64,000 bases of DNA from Myxococcota bacterium. Its GTDB lineage: Bacteria > Myxococcota_A > UBA9160 > SZUA-336. Positions 28,410 to 37,821 of the stretch are shown piece after piece. Both the position numbers and the translations under genes were made by a program. Every line of letters starts with the position of its first letter. Positions within the stretch are counted from its first letter, which is position 1. The notes beneath the pieces were generated by a model. That model was not told where the DNA came from, made no database searches, and saw only the letters and a list, made by a program, of their open reading frames with translations. Location: positions 1-64,000 of the forward strand of contig CBDFGR010000002.1 in assembly GCA_965247115.1 (NCBI GenBank), read 5' to 3'.

Positions 28410-28893
28410 TTGAAGGCGGCAAGAAGCGCGTTGGCACTCGCTATCACAATGACGTCGGCCTGGCTGCTCGCACCACCGGCGTCGGCGCAGGGCTTGGTAC
28501 AACTTGACTATACGGGCTTCACCCTGTGGATGGACTGTAGCCGGCGCGGCCCGGTTGTGGCGCACTACAAGATTGGACCCGACACCGGCAACATCGATGA
28601 GAAGCTCAGCTTTCGAATCGATAAGGATGTTAAGGACTGCCAGCAGACGTCGACCCAGACGTACAAGCGGCCGATGAGTGTGCAGAACCAATACGACCGT
28701 GGACACCTCGTGCCGGCGAACCACCTGGATGACAACGAGGATGCGTACAAGGCCAGTTACCTGATGACCAACGTCGTGCCGCAGCAGCGCAGACTCAACC
28801 GAAAGGGTGGCGCTTGGCGAAAAACGGAAGACCTTATCGAATGCTGGCGCGAGGAGGCGCTTCTTGAGATCTGGATTGGCGTGCTCTGGAGTA
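28410..28893 (+). pseudogene. Secreted DNA/RNA non-specific endonuclease, 3'-truncated
   Basis: AAGGAGG RBS, signal peptide ending ASA-Q, YDRGHLVPA, YLMTNVVPQ...LN...W...E; family-like sequence stops after GVLWS. Confidence 0.8.
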
Positions 28894-28929
28894 CTTCACG
28901 GCCGGGCCGCCGCGACAGGCGTACGCCCG

Positions 28930-30160
28930 TGTGCTCAGCCGCCTGCACCTTCTGGATTTTCACGCCGGTCCGGAAAAAGAAAAACACTACCAGGAAGATT
29001 GCAGCCGAGAGGATCGCCGAGCTGATCCAGAAGCCGTACCAGTTGCGCACGAGCTCACCTGTGGCGGACGCCGTCGAGAAATAGTCGAGCGCGTAACCCG
29101 ACAGGTACGACCCGATGAGCATCCCGACGCCGTAGGTGACGAACGTGATGAACCCCTGTGCCGTGCTTCGTAGATGCGCCGGCGCGACCTGGTCCGTGTA
29201 GAGGTGACCGGCGACGAAGAAGAAATCGTAACAGATGCCGTGGACGACAATGGCGATGTAGAACATCCACATGCCCGTGTCGGCGTTGCCAACCGCGAGC
29301 AGGAAGTAGCGCAGCGCCCACGCGAACAGGCCGAGCAGCAGCACCTGGCGCACGTTGATGACGCGGAGCACGACCGGCATCGCCAGAAGCAGCAGCGTCT
29401 CGGAGACCTGCCCCCACGTCATCTTCCCCGCAGCGTTCACCACGCCGACCTCGTTGAGGTAGGGATTGGCAAACGAGTAGTAGAACGTCAGCGGGATGCA
29501 CGCCAGGATGGACGCGATCACGAAGACGATGTAGGCCCGATCCTTCAGCATCGTGGTGAGGAAGTCCAGGCCAAGAATCTCTCGCACGGAGACCGCTTGT
29601 CCCTTCGCACGGGGCGGCGTGTGCGGAAGTGCGACCAGGCTAAAGACGCACATCACCGCCGCGGCGCCGGCGCCGAACAGGAATGGCACGTTGGTCGCCT
29701 CGACGCCCATCGCCCCGATGACGTTGTTGATGACGATCCAGCCGACGGCGCCGAACATACGGATCGGCGGGAAGTCACGGGCGACGTCGGCCACCTGCTG
29801 CATCGTGATCGAATTGCTGAGCGCGACTGTCGGAAAGTAGCAGAGGCAGAACAACAGCAAGAACGCGTACACGCCCGCAAACGAGGTCGCCTGCGCCGCC
29901 ATGAACATGAAAACCGCTGCCAGGGCATAGAGCGTCGCCATCACGCGCTCGGTCGCGAAGAATCGATCCGCGACGAGGCCCACGAAGAACGGTGACACCA
30001 GCGCTGCGATCGAGACAGTGGCGAACGCCGCGCCCGCCTGCAACCCGGTGAATCCGAGTTCCTGGGTCAGGTAGGTATTCATCGTGACATACCACGACCC
30101 CCAGACGATGTACTGCACGAACATCATCACGCCGAGACGCACTTTGAGGAAGCTTGACAT
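28930..30160 (-). CDS. Nucleoside:H+ symporter (NupG/XapB-like MFS); 3' end approximate, ORF reads on to 28757
   Basis: MMFVQYIVWGSW, ADRFF, FPPIR..G.VGWI, HGICYDFFFV, AQG. Confidence 0.85.
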
Positions 30161-30410
30161 CGGTGGGTTCTCGTCTGAGCTCGGCCTAGTGCCGAGCATA
30201 GGCGATTCAAGCGGGCGTTTGGTTCCGATAATCCCGCGTTCTGTTCAATAGGGAGGTGTCCCCCCCAGGGAATCCCGTTCCGGAATACGGCTCCAATGGG
30301 ATTTGAAGCCCCCCGAACGAGGAATTTGCGGCCCCAAGGGCGAGAATTGAAGCGGGTCTGAATCCCGGGACCGAGAGGATGGCCGCAGCTCTCCCGATCG
30401 GGGCCAGGAG

Positions 30411-31631
30411 CTAGAGGGAATGCGAGCTCGAGCGGGCTCGGGCGAGGGCGGCGAACCAGAATCCGGCGGTTCCGATCAGCGAGACCCCGAAAACAAGCCA
30501 CAGCATTGCGACTGGATCGCCCGTCCTCGACCAGATCGTGGCGGTTGCGGCCGGCGCCAGTGCTGCCGCGACCATCATCGGTGCGCCTATGGCGCCCATC
30601 AGCTTTCCGTAGTGCTCTCGCCCAAGCCACTCGGCCGGGGCGACGCCCCGCAAAATGGTGAGGATTCCGTTGGCGATGCCGAATCCCACGGCGAACACGC
30701 CGAGCCAGCGTAGCTCTGGCGGCAACAAGATCAGACTCAAGACCGATGCGGGCAGCAGGAGGGTGGCGAGGGCGCCGACGATCACTGTGCGCGCGCGCTC
30801 GCCGAACAGCATCATGATCACACGGCCCGTCACCTGCATCGGGCCGACCAGGGCGACGGCGATGAGCATGTTCGCGGTGTCTACGCCGATCGACTTGAGG
30901 TACGGAACGATCTGAAACATCACGCCCGAGGTCGTGGCGGACCAGGCCGTGAACCACGCGGCGAGTCCCCAGAACACCGGGTTGCCCAGCCGCTCTCGCA
31001 TCGGGCTCTGGTTCGAATTCCCGGCTGTCTCGTCTCCTTCGTCGAGCTTCGGATAAGCCGGTCGCCTCTCCGGAGTGACCCACCAGTGAATGGGGACGCA
31101 GATCGCGAGGTTGAACGCGGCGAGTATGAGCAGGACGCGGCGCCACGGCAGGTAACCAATCAGGGTCTCGATGAGCGGGATGAAGACCGTTCCGGCGAAT
31201 CCCGCGATCAGAGTGAGCGCCGTGATGGCTCGTCGCGCGTCTGTGCCGAAGTGCTGAGTCAGAACCGCGAACACGGGTTCGTACAGGATGGCCGCCATGC
31301 ACACGCCGAGCGCGAGCCAGATCCCGTAGAACGCGTATGGATCGGCGATCGTAGACCACAACGCCAGCAGTACGGCCGCGCTCAGTGAGCCGGCGGCCAT
31401 GATGTAGCGGCCGCCGTGACGATCGATCAGTGCGCCGACTGGATAGGCACAGAGACCGGTTACCAGCAGGCCGCCCGTTGCAGCGCCGTTCAGGAGCGTG
31501 AGAGACCATCCGAGGGATTCCGCCATCGGCAGCACGAACAGCGGGAACGCGTAGTAGGTCGTGCCCCAGGACACGATCTGAGCAGAACCTAGGGCCCCGA
31601 TCAGGATTCGCGGATGTCGCCGCCGTGCCAT
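30411..31631 (-). CDS. MFS transporter
   Basis: About 12 hydrophobic segments; SWGTTYYAF, G.LIDRHGGR. Confidence 0.88.
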   Translation of the reverse strand: MARRRHPRILIGALGSAQIVSWGTTYYAFPLFVLPMAESLGWSLTLLNGAATGGLLVTGLCAYPVGALIDRHGGRYIMAAGSLSAAVLLALWSTIADPYAFYGIWLALGVCMAAILYEPVFAVLTQHFGTDARRAITALTLIAGFAGTVFIPLIETLIGYLPWRRVLLILAAFNLAICVPIHWWVTPERRPAYPKLDEGDETAGNSNQSPMRERLGNPVFWGLAAWFTAWSATTSGVMFQIVPYLKSIGVDTANMLIAVALVGPMQVTGRVIMMLFGERARTVIVGALATLLLPASVLSLILLPPELRWLGVFAVGFGIANGILTILRGVAPAEWLGREHYGKLMGAIGAPMMVAAALAPAATATIWSRTGDPVAMLWLVFGVSLIGTAGFWFAALARARSSSHSL

Positions 31632-31793
31632 GACGCGACGTTACACGGCTGGCCCGCTCACGCACGTGGCCAGTCCCCGGAGCTCGGGTCGGGACATCGG
31701 CTGGAGCCTAGCAAGATGGAGTCGCTCCCACGCGCTGCGGGGCGGTACGATGAGACCGATCCGGATCGCCCATCGCACCAGGGAGGACTGACC

Positions 31794-32189
31794 ATGCCCA
31801 AGCAAGCGTTCAATCCCGCCGGAGTCCCCGCTCCTGCCGGGGCCTACTCTCAGGTGGCGGTCGTTCCCGCCGGACGGCTCGCCTTCATCGCGGGACAGGT
31901 CGCGATCGACCGCGATGGGCAGATCGTCGGCGCGGGGGACATCAAGGCGCAGACGCGGCAGACGCTCGAGAATCTGAAAGCCGCGGTTGCGGCCGTCGGG
32001 GCCGGTGTCGAGGACATCGCGAGCGTCACGGTCTTCGTCACCGACATCAGCCAGTTCGCTGCGGTCCAGGAGGTCCGGCAGGAGTACTTCAGCGGGGAGC
32101 TCCCGGCCAGCACGCTCGTAGAGGTGAGCCGTCTGGCCCACCCGGACCTGCTGATCGAGATCAACGCGATCGCCAGCCTGCCGGCATAG
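31794..32189 (+). CDS. Rid (YjgF/UK114) family protein
   Basis: GAYSQ, IAGQVA, PASTLVEVSRL, LIEINAIA; GGAGG RBS. Confidence 0.9.
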   Translation: MPKQAFNPAGVPAPAGAYSQVAVVPAGRLAFIAGQVAIDRDGQIVGAGDIKAQTRQTLENLKAAVAAVGAGVEDIASVTVFVTDISQFAAVQEVRQEYFSGELPASTLVEVSRLAHPDLLIEINAIASLPA

Positions 32190-32349
32190 TGCCGGCGAAG
32201 CCGCCTCTGATACATGAGCGGTGACCCCTATCGCAGGTCGAAACACTTCTGTGGCGAGCGGTTGTGTGCCCCGACCTTCGAGCTATCTACCCGACGGTCC
32301 ACGTCGTAGCCAGAGCTCTAGGGGCCCGATGGTAGAGAGGTAGAGACGC

Positions 32350-33597
32350 TCAGGGCCCACCACCGATGCCGGTCGTTACTGATAGCTGCTTCGCGGCCTG
32401 CACAGTCATCATCTGCATGAACGCGGCGGCATCGGAGTCCCCACTCGTACCCGCACCGGAACCACCGAAGACGGTGGTCGGCACGTTGCGCTTGGCGAAC
32501 GCATCGGCCCAGACCTTCTGGGTCTCGACGTAGGCGGCCAGCTTCTGCTGGAGAGCACCGTCGGCTGCCATGACCAGCTTCTTCCGAGCAGCTTCACCCT
32601 CACCCCGCAGGATGTTGGCTCGCTTCTCTTCGGCAGCTGCCAGCGCGTCCTCGGACGCAACCTTCTTGCGGGCCTCCGCGGCCAGGACGGCCACGTCTCG
32701 CGCCTGCTCGGCGGCGGTCACGGCCTTCTGCTTCTCCACCTCGGCAGCAGCTCGAGCCTTGGCCACATTCGCTCGACCTTCAGCAGCAGCCGTCTTCTCG
32801 TCCTGAGCCGCAGCTTCCGCACGAGCGAAGGCCGCAGTGGCCTTCATCTGCGCATCTCGCACGTTGCCGATCTGCTCCAGAATCTTCGTCTCGTAGGCGA
32901 AGTCATCCGGGAAGAACAGCTGCGTCACCTCGATCCCGTAGGAGGCGAGAGTGTTGGACTTGCGCATTCGGTTGCCGTCCTCATCGAGCTTGACACGAAC
33001 GATCCGCTGAGTCGTGACCTGACTGGTGATCGAGTTCACGACTTCGACTTCCTCGGACTCCGTCAGGTAGATCCCGTTCTGGAGCTGGTCCAGAGCGAGC
33101 TGGGAAAGCTCGGCCTTCCCACCTGAGTAGGACTCTTCGGAGGTCATCAGTGCCCCACTCAGTACCACCGCCTCACGAATGGCCGGCTTGAGCAGGCCAT
33201 TGGCGACGGAGCCATAGGAGCGGAACTTGTTGTGGATCCTCAGCAGGCCGCTCTCGTCGATGGGGACGTCGAAGCGAGCCGAACCGGAGATCTGGGCCGT
33301 ACCACCGTCACTGAAGCGCACCGGGATCGCGTTCCCTGCGAGCGTCTCACCGCCGACTGCGGCGGACTCGGGGTTGTCCGAGAACACGTAGGTACCAGCC
33401 TGCTTGTACTCGGTGAGAGTGCCGAAGCACTGGCAGAAATAGCCGGCGTCCGAGATCACGCTCAGCGTTCCCGAGGGGAAAGCCTGCTTGACCTGCATGA
33501 AACCGGCATTGTTCGCCTCGAAAGCCTTCGTTCCGAGCATCAGGACGAACACTGCGAAGACGGCAAAGCCAATCCCCGCAAACATTGACTTGTTCAT
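32350..33597 (-). CDS. SPFH/Band-7 domain membrane protein with C-terminal coiled coil
   Basis: N-terminal TM, VRFSDGG.A.ISG..RF, Ala/Glu coiled coil. Confidence 0.8.
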   Translation of the reverse strand: MNKSMFAGIGFAVFAVFVLMLGTKAFEANNAGFMQVKQAFPSGTLSVISDAGYFCQCFGTLTEYKQAGTYVFSDNPESAAVGGETLAGNAIPVRFSDGGTAQISGSARFDVPIDESGLLRIHNKFRSYGSVANGLLKPAIREAVVLSGALMTSEESYSGGKAELSQLALDQLQNGIYLTESEEVEVVNSITSQVTTQRIVRVKLDEDGNRMRKSNTLASYGIEVTQLFFPDDFAYETKILEQIGNVRDAQMKATAAFARAEAAAQDEKTAAAEGRANVAKARAAAEVEKQKAVTAAEQARDVAVLAAEARKKVASEDALAAAEEKRANILRGEGEAARKKLVMAADGALQQKLAAYVETQKVWADAFAKRNVPTTVFGGSGAGTSGDSDAAAFMQMMTVQAAKQLSVTTGIGGGP

Positions 33598-33817
33598 GTC
33601 GATTCTCCTTGATTTTCTTTTGTACCACGCTTGCCACGCCAGCAGGCGGACGACTACTTGCCTACGTAATAAGGCGTCGCCCTTAAGTCACAGTAGGTCA
33701 GCTACTTACGGGGCCGTACCGCACAGGGAGCGAGCCGCCGCGCTGGAGGCGACCAGGACAGTATCGCGATAGCGATCCCTACCGTCTAGGCTCGTTTAGG
33801 CCGAGCCACCAATCGCA

Positions 33818-33851
33818 CAACTCCCCGAGATTCTTAAGTCTCGGGGTGTTG
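33818..33851. repeat. Hairpin just inside the att-like site
   Basis: CAACtCCCCGAGA-ttcttaag-TCTCGGGGtGTTG. Confidence 0.65.
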
Positions 33852-33870
33852 GGCGCCCTCCCCTAGCGCC

Positions 33871-33914
33871 CTCATAACCCGAAGGTCGTAGGTTCGAATC
33901 CTACCCCGCTACCA
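33871..33914 (+). tRNA. 3' half only of tRNA-Met(CAT), initiator-like; att-site duplication rather than a functional tRNA
   Basis: CTCATAA anticodon loop, CCCGA, GTAGG-TTCGAAT-CCTAC T-arm, CCCGCT-ACCA; no D-arm or 5' acceptor strand upstream. Confidence 0.88.
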
Positions 33915-33918
33915 CGCT

Positions 33919-33952
33919 AACGCCCCGGGGTCGTTACGGATCCCGGGGCGTT
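33919..33952 (+). terminator. GC-rich hairpin after the tRNA fragment
   Basis: AACGCCCCGGG...CCCGGGGCGTT. Confidence 0.65.
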
Positions 33953-34091
33953 GCTGCTTCGGATCGGGGCGGGAAGCTCCGTGACCGGGGCACGGCCTTG
34001 GCGCTTCGGGATCGAATCGGGGGCAGCATTCGAACTTGGGACGATCGACCGTCTGTTGTCCACACCTCAATCCGTCTAGAGGAGTGCGCAG

Positions 34092-34268
34092 TTGGCGAAG
34101 CTTCAGGAAGAAATCGCTGAGGCGCTCCTCGACAAGCTCAAGAAGTCCCCGAACGTCACTCCAGCGATGGTCGAGGGGCATCGAACGTTGTTCTTGGCCA
34201 AGAAGAAGCTCAAACCCGATGACCTCGTGGAGGTATTCTCGCCACCCGTAGGCGGTGAGGTCAAATGA
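34092..34268 (+). CDS. 58-aa hypothetical protein, not in the ORF track
   Basis: AGGAG RBS, TTG start, MAKLQEEIAEALLDKLKK...GGEVK*, ATGA overlap with the next ORF. Confidence 0.55.
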   Translation: MAKLQEEIAEALLDKLKKSPNVTPAMVEGHRTLFLAKKKLKPDDLVEVFSPPVGGEVK

Positions 34269-34501
34269 TCAAGCTCGAATCTGTCAATATCGAGTGGGCG
34301 AGGGGCATCGCCCAGAAGCTCGATCTCGATTTTCAGCAGAAGACCTTCGCCAGCTCAGGGCCTAGTGGCTCAGGCAAGAGCGCAGTAATCGACGCCATTG
34401 AATTCGCGCTTGCTAACCTGCCGGCGCTGGCGAGCGTGAGGAGTGCAGACGTGTCCGAGATCGAGATCATGAAGTCTGTGAAGAGCGTCTCGCCAAGGTA
34501 G
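34265..34501 (+). pseudogene. N-terminal fragment of an SMC/RecF/SbcC-type ATPase
   Basis: MIKLESVNIE..RGI...GPSGSGKSAVIDAIEFAL, then ends at 78 aa. Confidence 0.75.
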
Positions 34502-34523
34502 CTTTGAGGAGGGATCTGGACCC

Positions 34524-35609
34524 ATGACCGAGAACCCCGCGAACCCCGCCGCCGTCAACACTTTTGCCGCACACGTGCTTCAAGATTGGGGTGGCGCGCA
34601 CATTGTGGCCCTCGCGTACATCGGCGATCGGCTGGGGATGTTCCGCGCGCTGGCGGACGCCGGACCGGTGACCTCACAAGGGCTCGCGGACCGCACGGGG
34701 CTCGATGAGCGCTACGTAAGGGAGTGGGCAGCCGCCCTCGCCGCAGGCCTGTACATCGAGTACGACCCGTCCGATCAGACGTTCGCGATGACACCGGAGC
34801 AAGTCATGGTATTGGCCGACGAGGGAGGAGCCTCCTTCCTCGGCGGCGGTTTCCAGTACGCCCAGGCCTGTGTCCAGCAGGTCCCGCAGCTGATGGACGC
34901 CTTCCGGAACGGAGGCGGAGTCGGCTTCTCGGCGTTCGGGCCCGAGATCAGCCAGGCCATCGAGCGGCTCTTCTCCCCCGGCTACCAGCGAGACGTGGCA
35001 AGTGAGTGGATCCCGATCCTGGGAGACGTGCACCGACGCGTCGAGTCGGGCGGCTGGGTGGCCGAGGTGGGTTGCGGAGGGGGCCAGGCCCTCGTGCCCG
35101 TGGCCGAAGCCTACCCCGCGTCGCTCTTCGTGGGCTACGACGTGGACGAGACGTCGATCGTCCGGGCCCGCGAGAGGGCGTCGAAGGCGGGGGTGTCGGA
35201 GCGCGTGTCGTTCGAGCTCACTCCCGCAGAGCAGATTCCACACGCCGAGCGCTTCGATCTGGTCATGGCCTTCAACTGCATCCACGACATGGTGAACCCG
35301 CGCGGCGCTCTGGTCGGGATCTGTCGAGCCCTGAGGTCGGACGGCGCCTTGCTGTGGTCGGAGGCGAACGTGGTCTCGGATCGGATCGAGGACAACTTGA
35401 ATCCCCAGGGGAGGCTGCTCTACGGCACGAGCGCGATGCACTGCATGACGGTGTCCCTGGCCCACGGGGGCGAGGGGCTCGGCAACGTCGTGGGGGAGGA
35501 CACCGCCCGCGGCATGGCCCTAGAAGCGGGGTTCGTCCACTTCGAGAAACTCCCAGTCGAGAATGCGTTTCATCAGCTCTTCCTGGCGAGGAAAGAAGAG
35601 CCGGGGTAG
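34524..35609 (+). CDS. Class I SAM-dependent methyltransferase with N-terminal winged helix (Rv2258c-like)
   Basis: GDRLG.F, ERYVREW, EVGCGGG, GYD, CIHDM. Confidence 0.9.
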   Translation: MTENPANPAAVNTFAAHVLQDWGGAHIVALAYIGDRLGMFRALADAGPVTSQGLADRTGLDERYVREWAAALAAGLYIEYDPSDQTFAMTPEQVMVLADEGGASFLGGGFQYAQACVQQVPQLMDAFRNGGGVGFSAFGPEISQAIERLFSPGYQRDVASEWIPILGDVHRRVESGGWVAEVGCGGGQALVPVAEAYPASLFVGYDVDETSIVRARERASKAGVSERVSFELTPAEQIPHAERFDLVMAFNCIHDMVNPRGALVGICRALRSDGALLWSEANVVSDRIEDNLNPQGRLLYGTSAMHCMTVSLAHGGEGLGNVVGEDTARGMALEAGFVHFEKLPVENAFHQLFLARKEEPG

Positions 35610-35611
35610 GC

Positions 35612-36046
35612 CTAGCGGTCGGCGGTCATGCGGAGCTCGACGCGCAGGTGCTGGTACTTCCACTCGCCATTGATCTTCACGTAGTCGTCGTCGTAGCGAA
35701 GCGCCATCCACGTCTCTTCGCCGTTCTCGGCGGTGGTCCACGGGCCCGAGAGGTACCAGATGCCGGTGGCGCGGTCGCCGTCGACCTCGATGATGGGATT
35801 CGTGATGTTGTACTGCGAGAAGCTGAAGTTCTTGCGAAAGTCGGCGAAGAGTTCGCGGATCGCCGCGTGCCCCTTGGCCTGGCCGAAGTCGGCGCCCTCC
35901 CAGATGCCGTCTTCGGCGAAGACCGAAGTCACCCGGTCGGGGTTGTGGAGGTCGTCGCAGATCTCGCAGTAGCGCGCCTTGAGTTGTTTGATCGCCTCGA
36001 TGTCTTCGATGCGGGTGATGCGTTTTTCGAGCTCGGTCAGATCCAT
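35612..36046 (-). CDS. SnoaL/NTF2-like family protein
   Basis: EDIEAIKQLKARYC...D, FAED..W, Y.DDYVK.NGEWK. Confidence 0.88.
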   Translation of the reverse strand: MDLTELEKRITRIEDIEAIKQLKARYCEICDDLHNPDRVTSVFAEDGIWEGADFGQAKGHAAIRELFADFRKNFSFSQYNITNPIIEVDGDRATGIWYLSGPWTTAENGEETWMALRYDDDYVKINGEWKYQHLRVELRMTADR

Positions 36047-36111
36047 CGTGGGTCTCCTCTGCGGTGCTCTACAGGCTTGGGGCGGCAGGTCGCGCCGACC
36101 CGACCCTCATC

Positions 36112-36290
36112 CTAGCGCCGCCGCACAAAGGCTTGAAGTGGCTGGTACCCGGTCTCCTGCTCATCCATCGAGGACGAGAGACGCTCACGGTCGGGCACCC
36201 CGAGAAACTCGAACACCAGCGGCAGGACGTTCTCGAAGGACCGCTCCAGACGCAGGAGCCGTCCCGTGATCTTCTCTCGCACCTGCTCGT
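36112..36290 (-). pseudogene. Internal fragment of an adenylate/guanylate-cyclase ATPase paralogue
   Basis: VREKITGRLLRLERSFENVLPLVFEFLGVPD aligns with VRERIAGRLLLMDEGFRDALPLVFELFGAPD of the 39768 gene. Confidence 0.7.
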
Positions 36291-36469
36291 CTGAGTCGCG
36301 GGTTTCGCGCGGCCGGACAACGCTCATCCCTCGGGTCTCAGCGAATCGTCATGACGGGTTCGACATTGGCTTCGGTCTCGGTTAATGATGATGGCCTTAT
36401 AGCCATTGCCCGCGAACCCGAAGACTCAAGCGCCCGCGGACATTCGGTCACAAAAGGGGCTGCAACACG

Positions 36470-37480
36470 ATGAAACTCGGTCTCCTGTTCACCGGTCGCG
36501 ATGCCACGATCCGCGAATTGACGACAATCGCCGAACGCGCCGAGCGCAATGGTTTCTCCTGCGTGTGTATGGCCGAAGCGTGGCGCAGCGGTTGGGTGCC
36601 GCTAACTGCGATGGCGGAGGCCACAAACACCATCCGGCTTGGGCCTTACATTTTGAATGCCTATGGTCACAGCCCTTTGATGACCGGCATGGCGGCGATC
36701 GACTTCAACGAATTCAGTGGCGGGCGCCTAATGCTTGGGGTCGGCGGCGGCAACCAAGTTATTAACGAACAATGGCAAGGGATCGCTCACGCGCGCGTGC
36801 TGACGAAAATGCGCGAATACGTCACTGTGCTACGGCAAATGGCGCGCACGCGACTCGGCGAACACCTTAGCTTCGACGGCGATATCCACCACATGGATTG
36901 GACCGCAGCGGTCGACCCGATAGCGGCGCCCTACCCCGTTTATCTCGCTGCCGTGTTCCCGCGCATGATGCGAGTCGCGGCGCAGGTCGCCGACGGTATC
37001 GGCGGCGGCGCGACCTTATCTGCCGATTATCTACGCGAGGTATTGAAGCCACAAGCGGCCGTGGCGGCGGCCGAGGTCGATCGCGATCCGACCGCTCTCG
37101 GCTGGACCGCAGTGTCCCTAATTGCGGTCGACAACGATCGCGAGCGCGCGCGTCGCGCCGCGCGTGAAGCTATTTGCCATCTATACGCCCCACTGCCGCA
37201 CCCGTATTACGAATACACCATGCGCGAACAAGGGTTTAGTAGCGCCGCCGACGCGCTGCTGAAGTTGATGCCGGCCGGCGACCTGGAAGGTGCCGTGGCT
37301 TCGATCCCGGACGAGTGCATCGACCGCTTAGTTATCGCCGGCACCCTCGATGATTGTCGCAAGCGCGTCGCGGCTTACAACGGGGTCGTGGACGACATGC
37401 TGCTACTCAATACCTCACCGGTCACCGACGGCAGTATCCTTAGTGCCTACGACGGCCTGCTACAGCTGCCGACGACGTGA
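36470..37480 (+). CDS. LLM-class flavin/F420-dependent oxidoreductase
   Basis: AE..GF...MAE, AT..IRLG, SGGRL.LGVG.G, ADG. Confidence 0.88.
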   Translation: MKLGLLFTGRDATIRELTTIAERAERNGFSCVCMAEAWRSGWVPLTAMAEATNTIRLGPYILNAYGHSPLMTGMAAIDFNEFSGGRLMLGVGGGNQVINEQWQGIAHARVLTKMREYVTVLRQMARTRLGEHLSFDGDIHHMDWTAAVDPIAAPYPVYLAAVFPRMMRVAAQVADGIGGGATLSADYLREVLKPQAAVAAAEVDRDPTALGWTAVSLIAVDNDRERARRAAREAICHLYAPLPHPYYEYTMREQGFSSAADALLKLMPAGDLEGAVASIPDECIDRLVIAGTLDDCRKRVAAYNGVVDDMLLLNTSPVTDGSILSAYDGLLQLPTT

Positions 37481-37821
37481 TCGGCGGATCTTTGTACGAC
37501 CGCTGCGGCGTAACACTAGCGCCGCTCGAACAAACGTGTTCGCGGTCTCCGCTTGACTGTTGCGCCGGGCAGCGCGGTCGGATGTAGTTCAAGCAAACGC
37601 CGAACCGGTAGCTCAATTGTCTAAGCCCCCGGAGTCTATCAGGTTTCAGGGGCTGACTCGTTGAGCGTTCTCTGGCTGTTGAAACACGACGGGTCGACCG
37701 CGTTGATGAAGGCCTCCAGCGATTCCGACGACGTCATCACTACGACGTGGGAACTCGTCGACGCCGTCGAGCGGATCGGCACGGGTGGCCGTCCCCTCCT
37801 CCTCGTCACCGCGCGCGCGAC

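Larger units (their letters stand above)
1..33914. mobile_element. Decayed genomic island/prophage integrated at tRNA-Met; left boundary lies outside the window
   Basis: Defence cassette plus phage tail genes end at a tRNA-Met 3' fragment (33871-33914); lesions are dense here. No integrase is visible in the window, and host-like transporter genes at 28.9-32.2 kb make the internal continuity uncertain. Confidence 0.6.

Noticed and set aside
33841..33914. Complete tRNA-Met gene
   Set aside because: No D-arm or 5' acceptor strand; only the 3' half is present.
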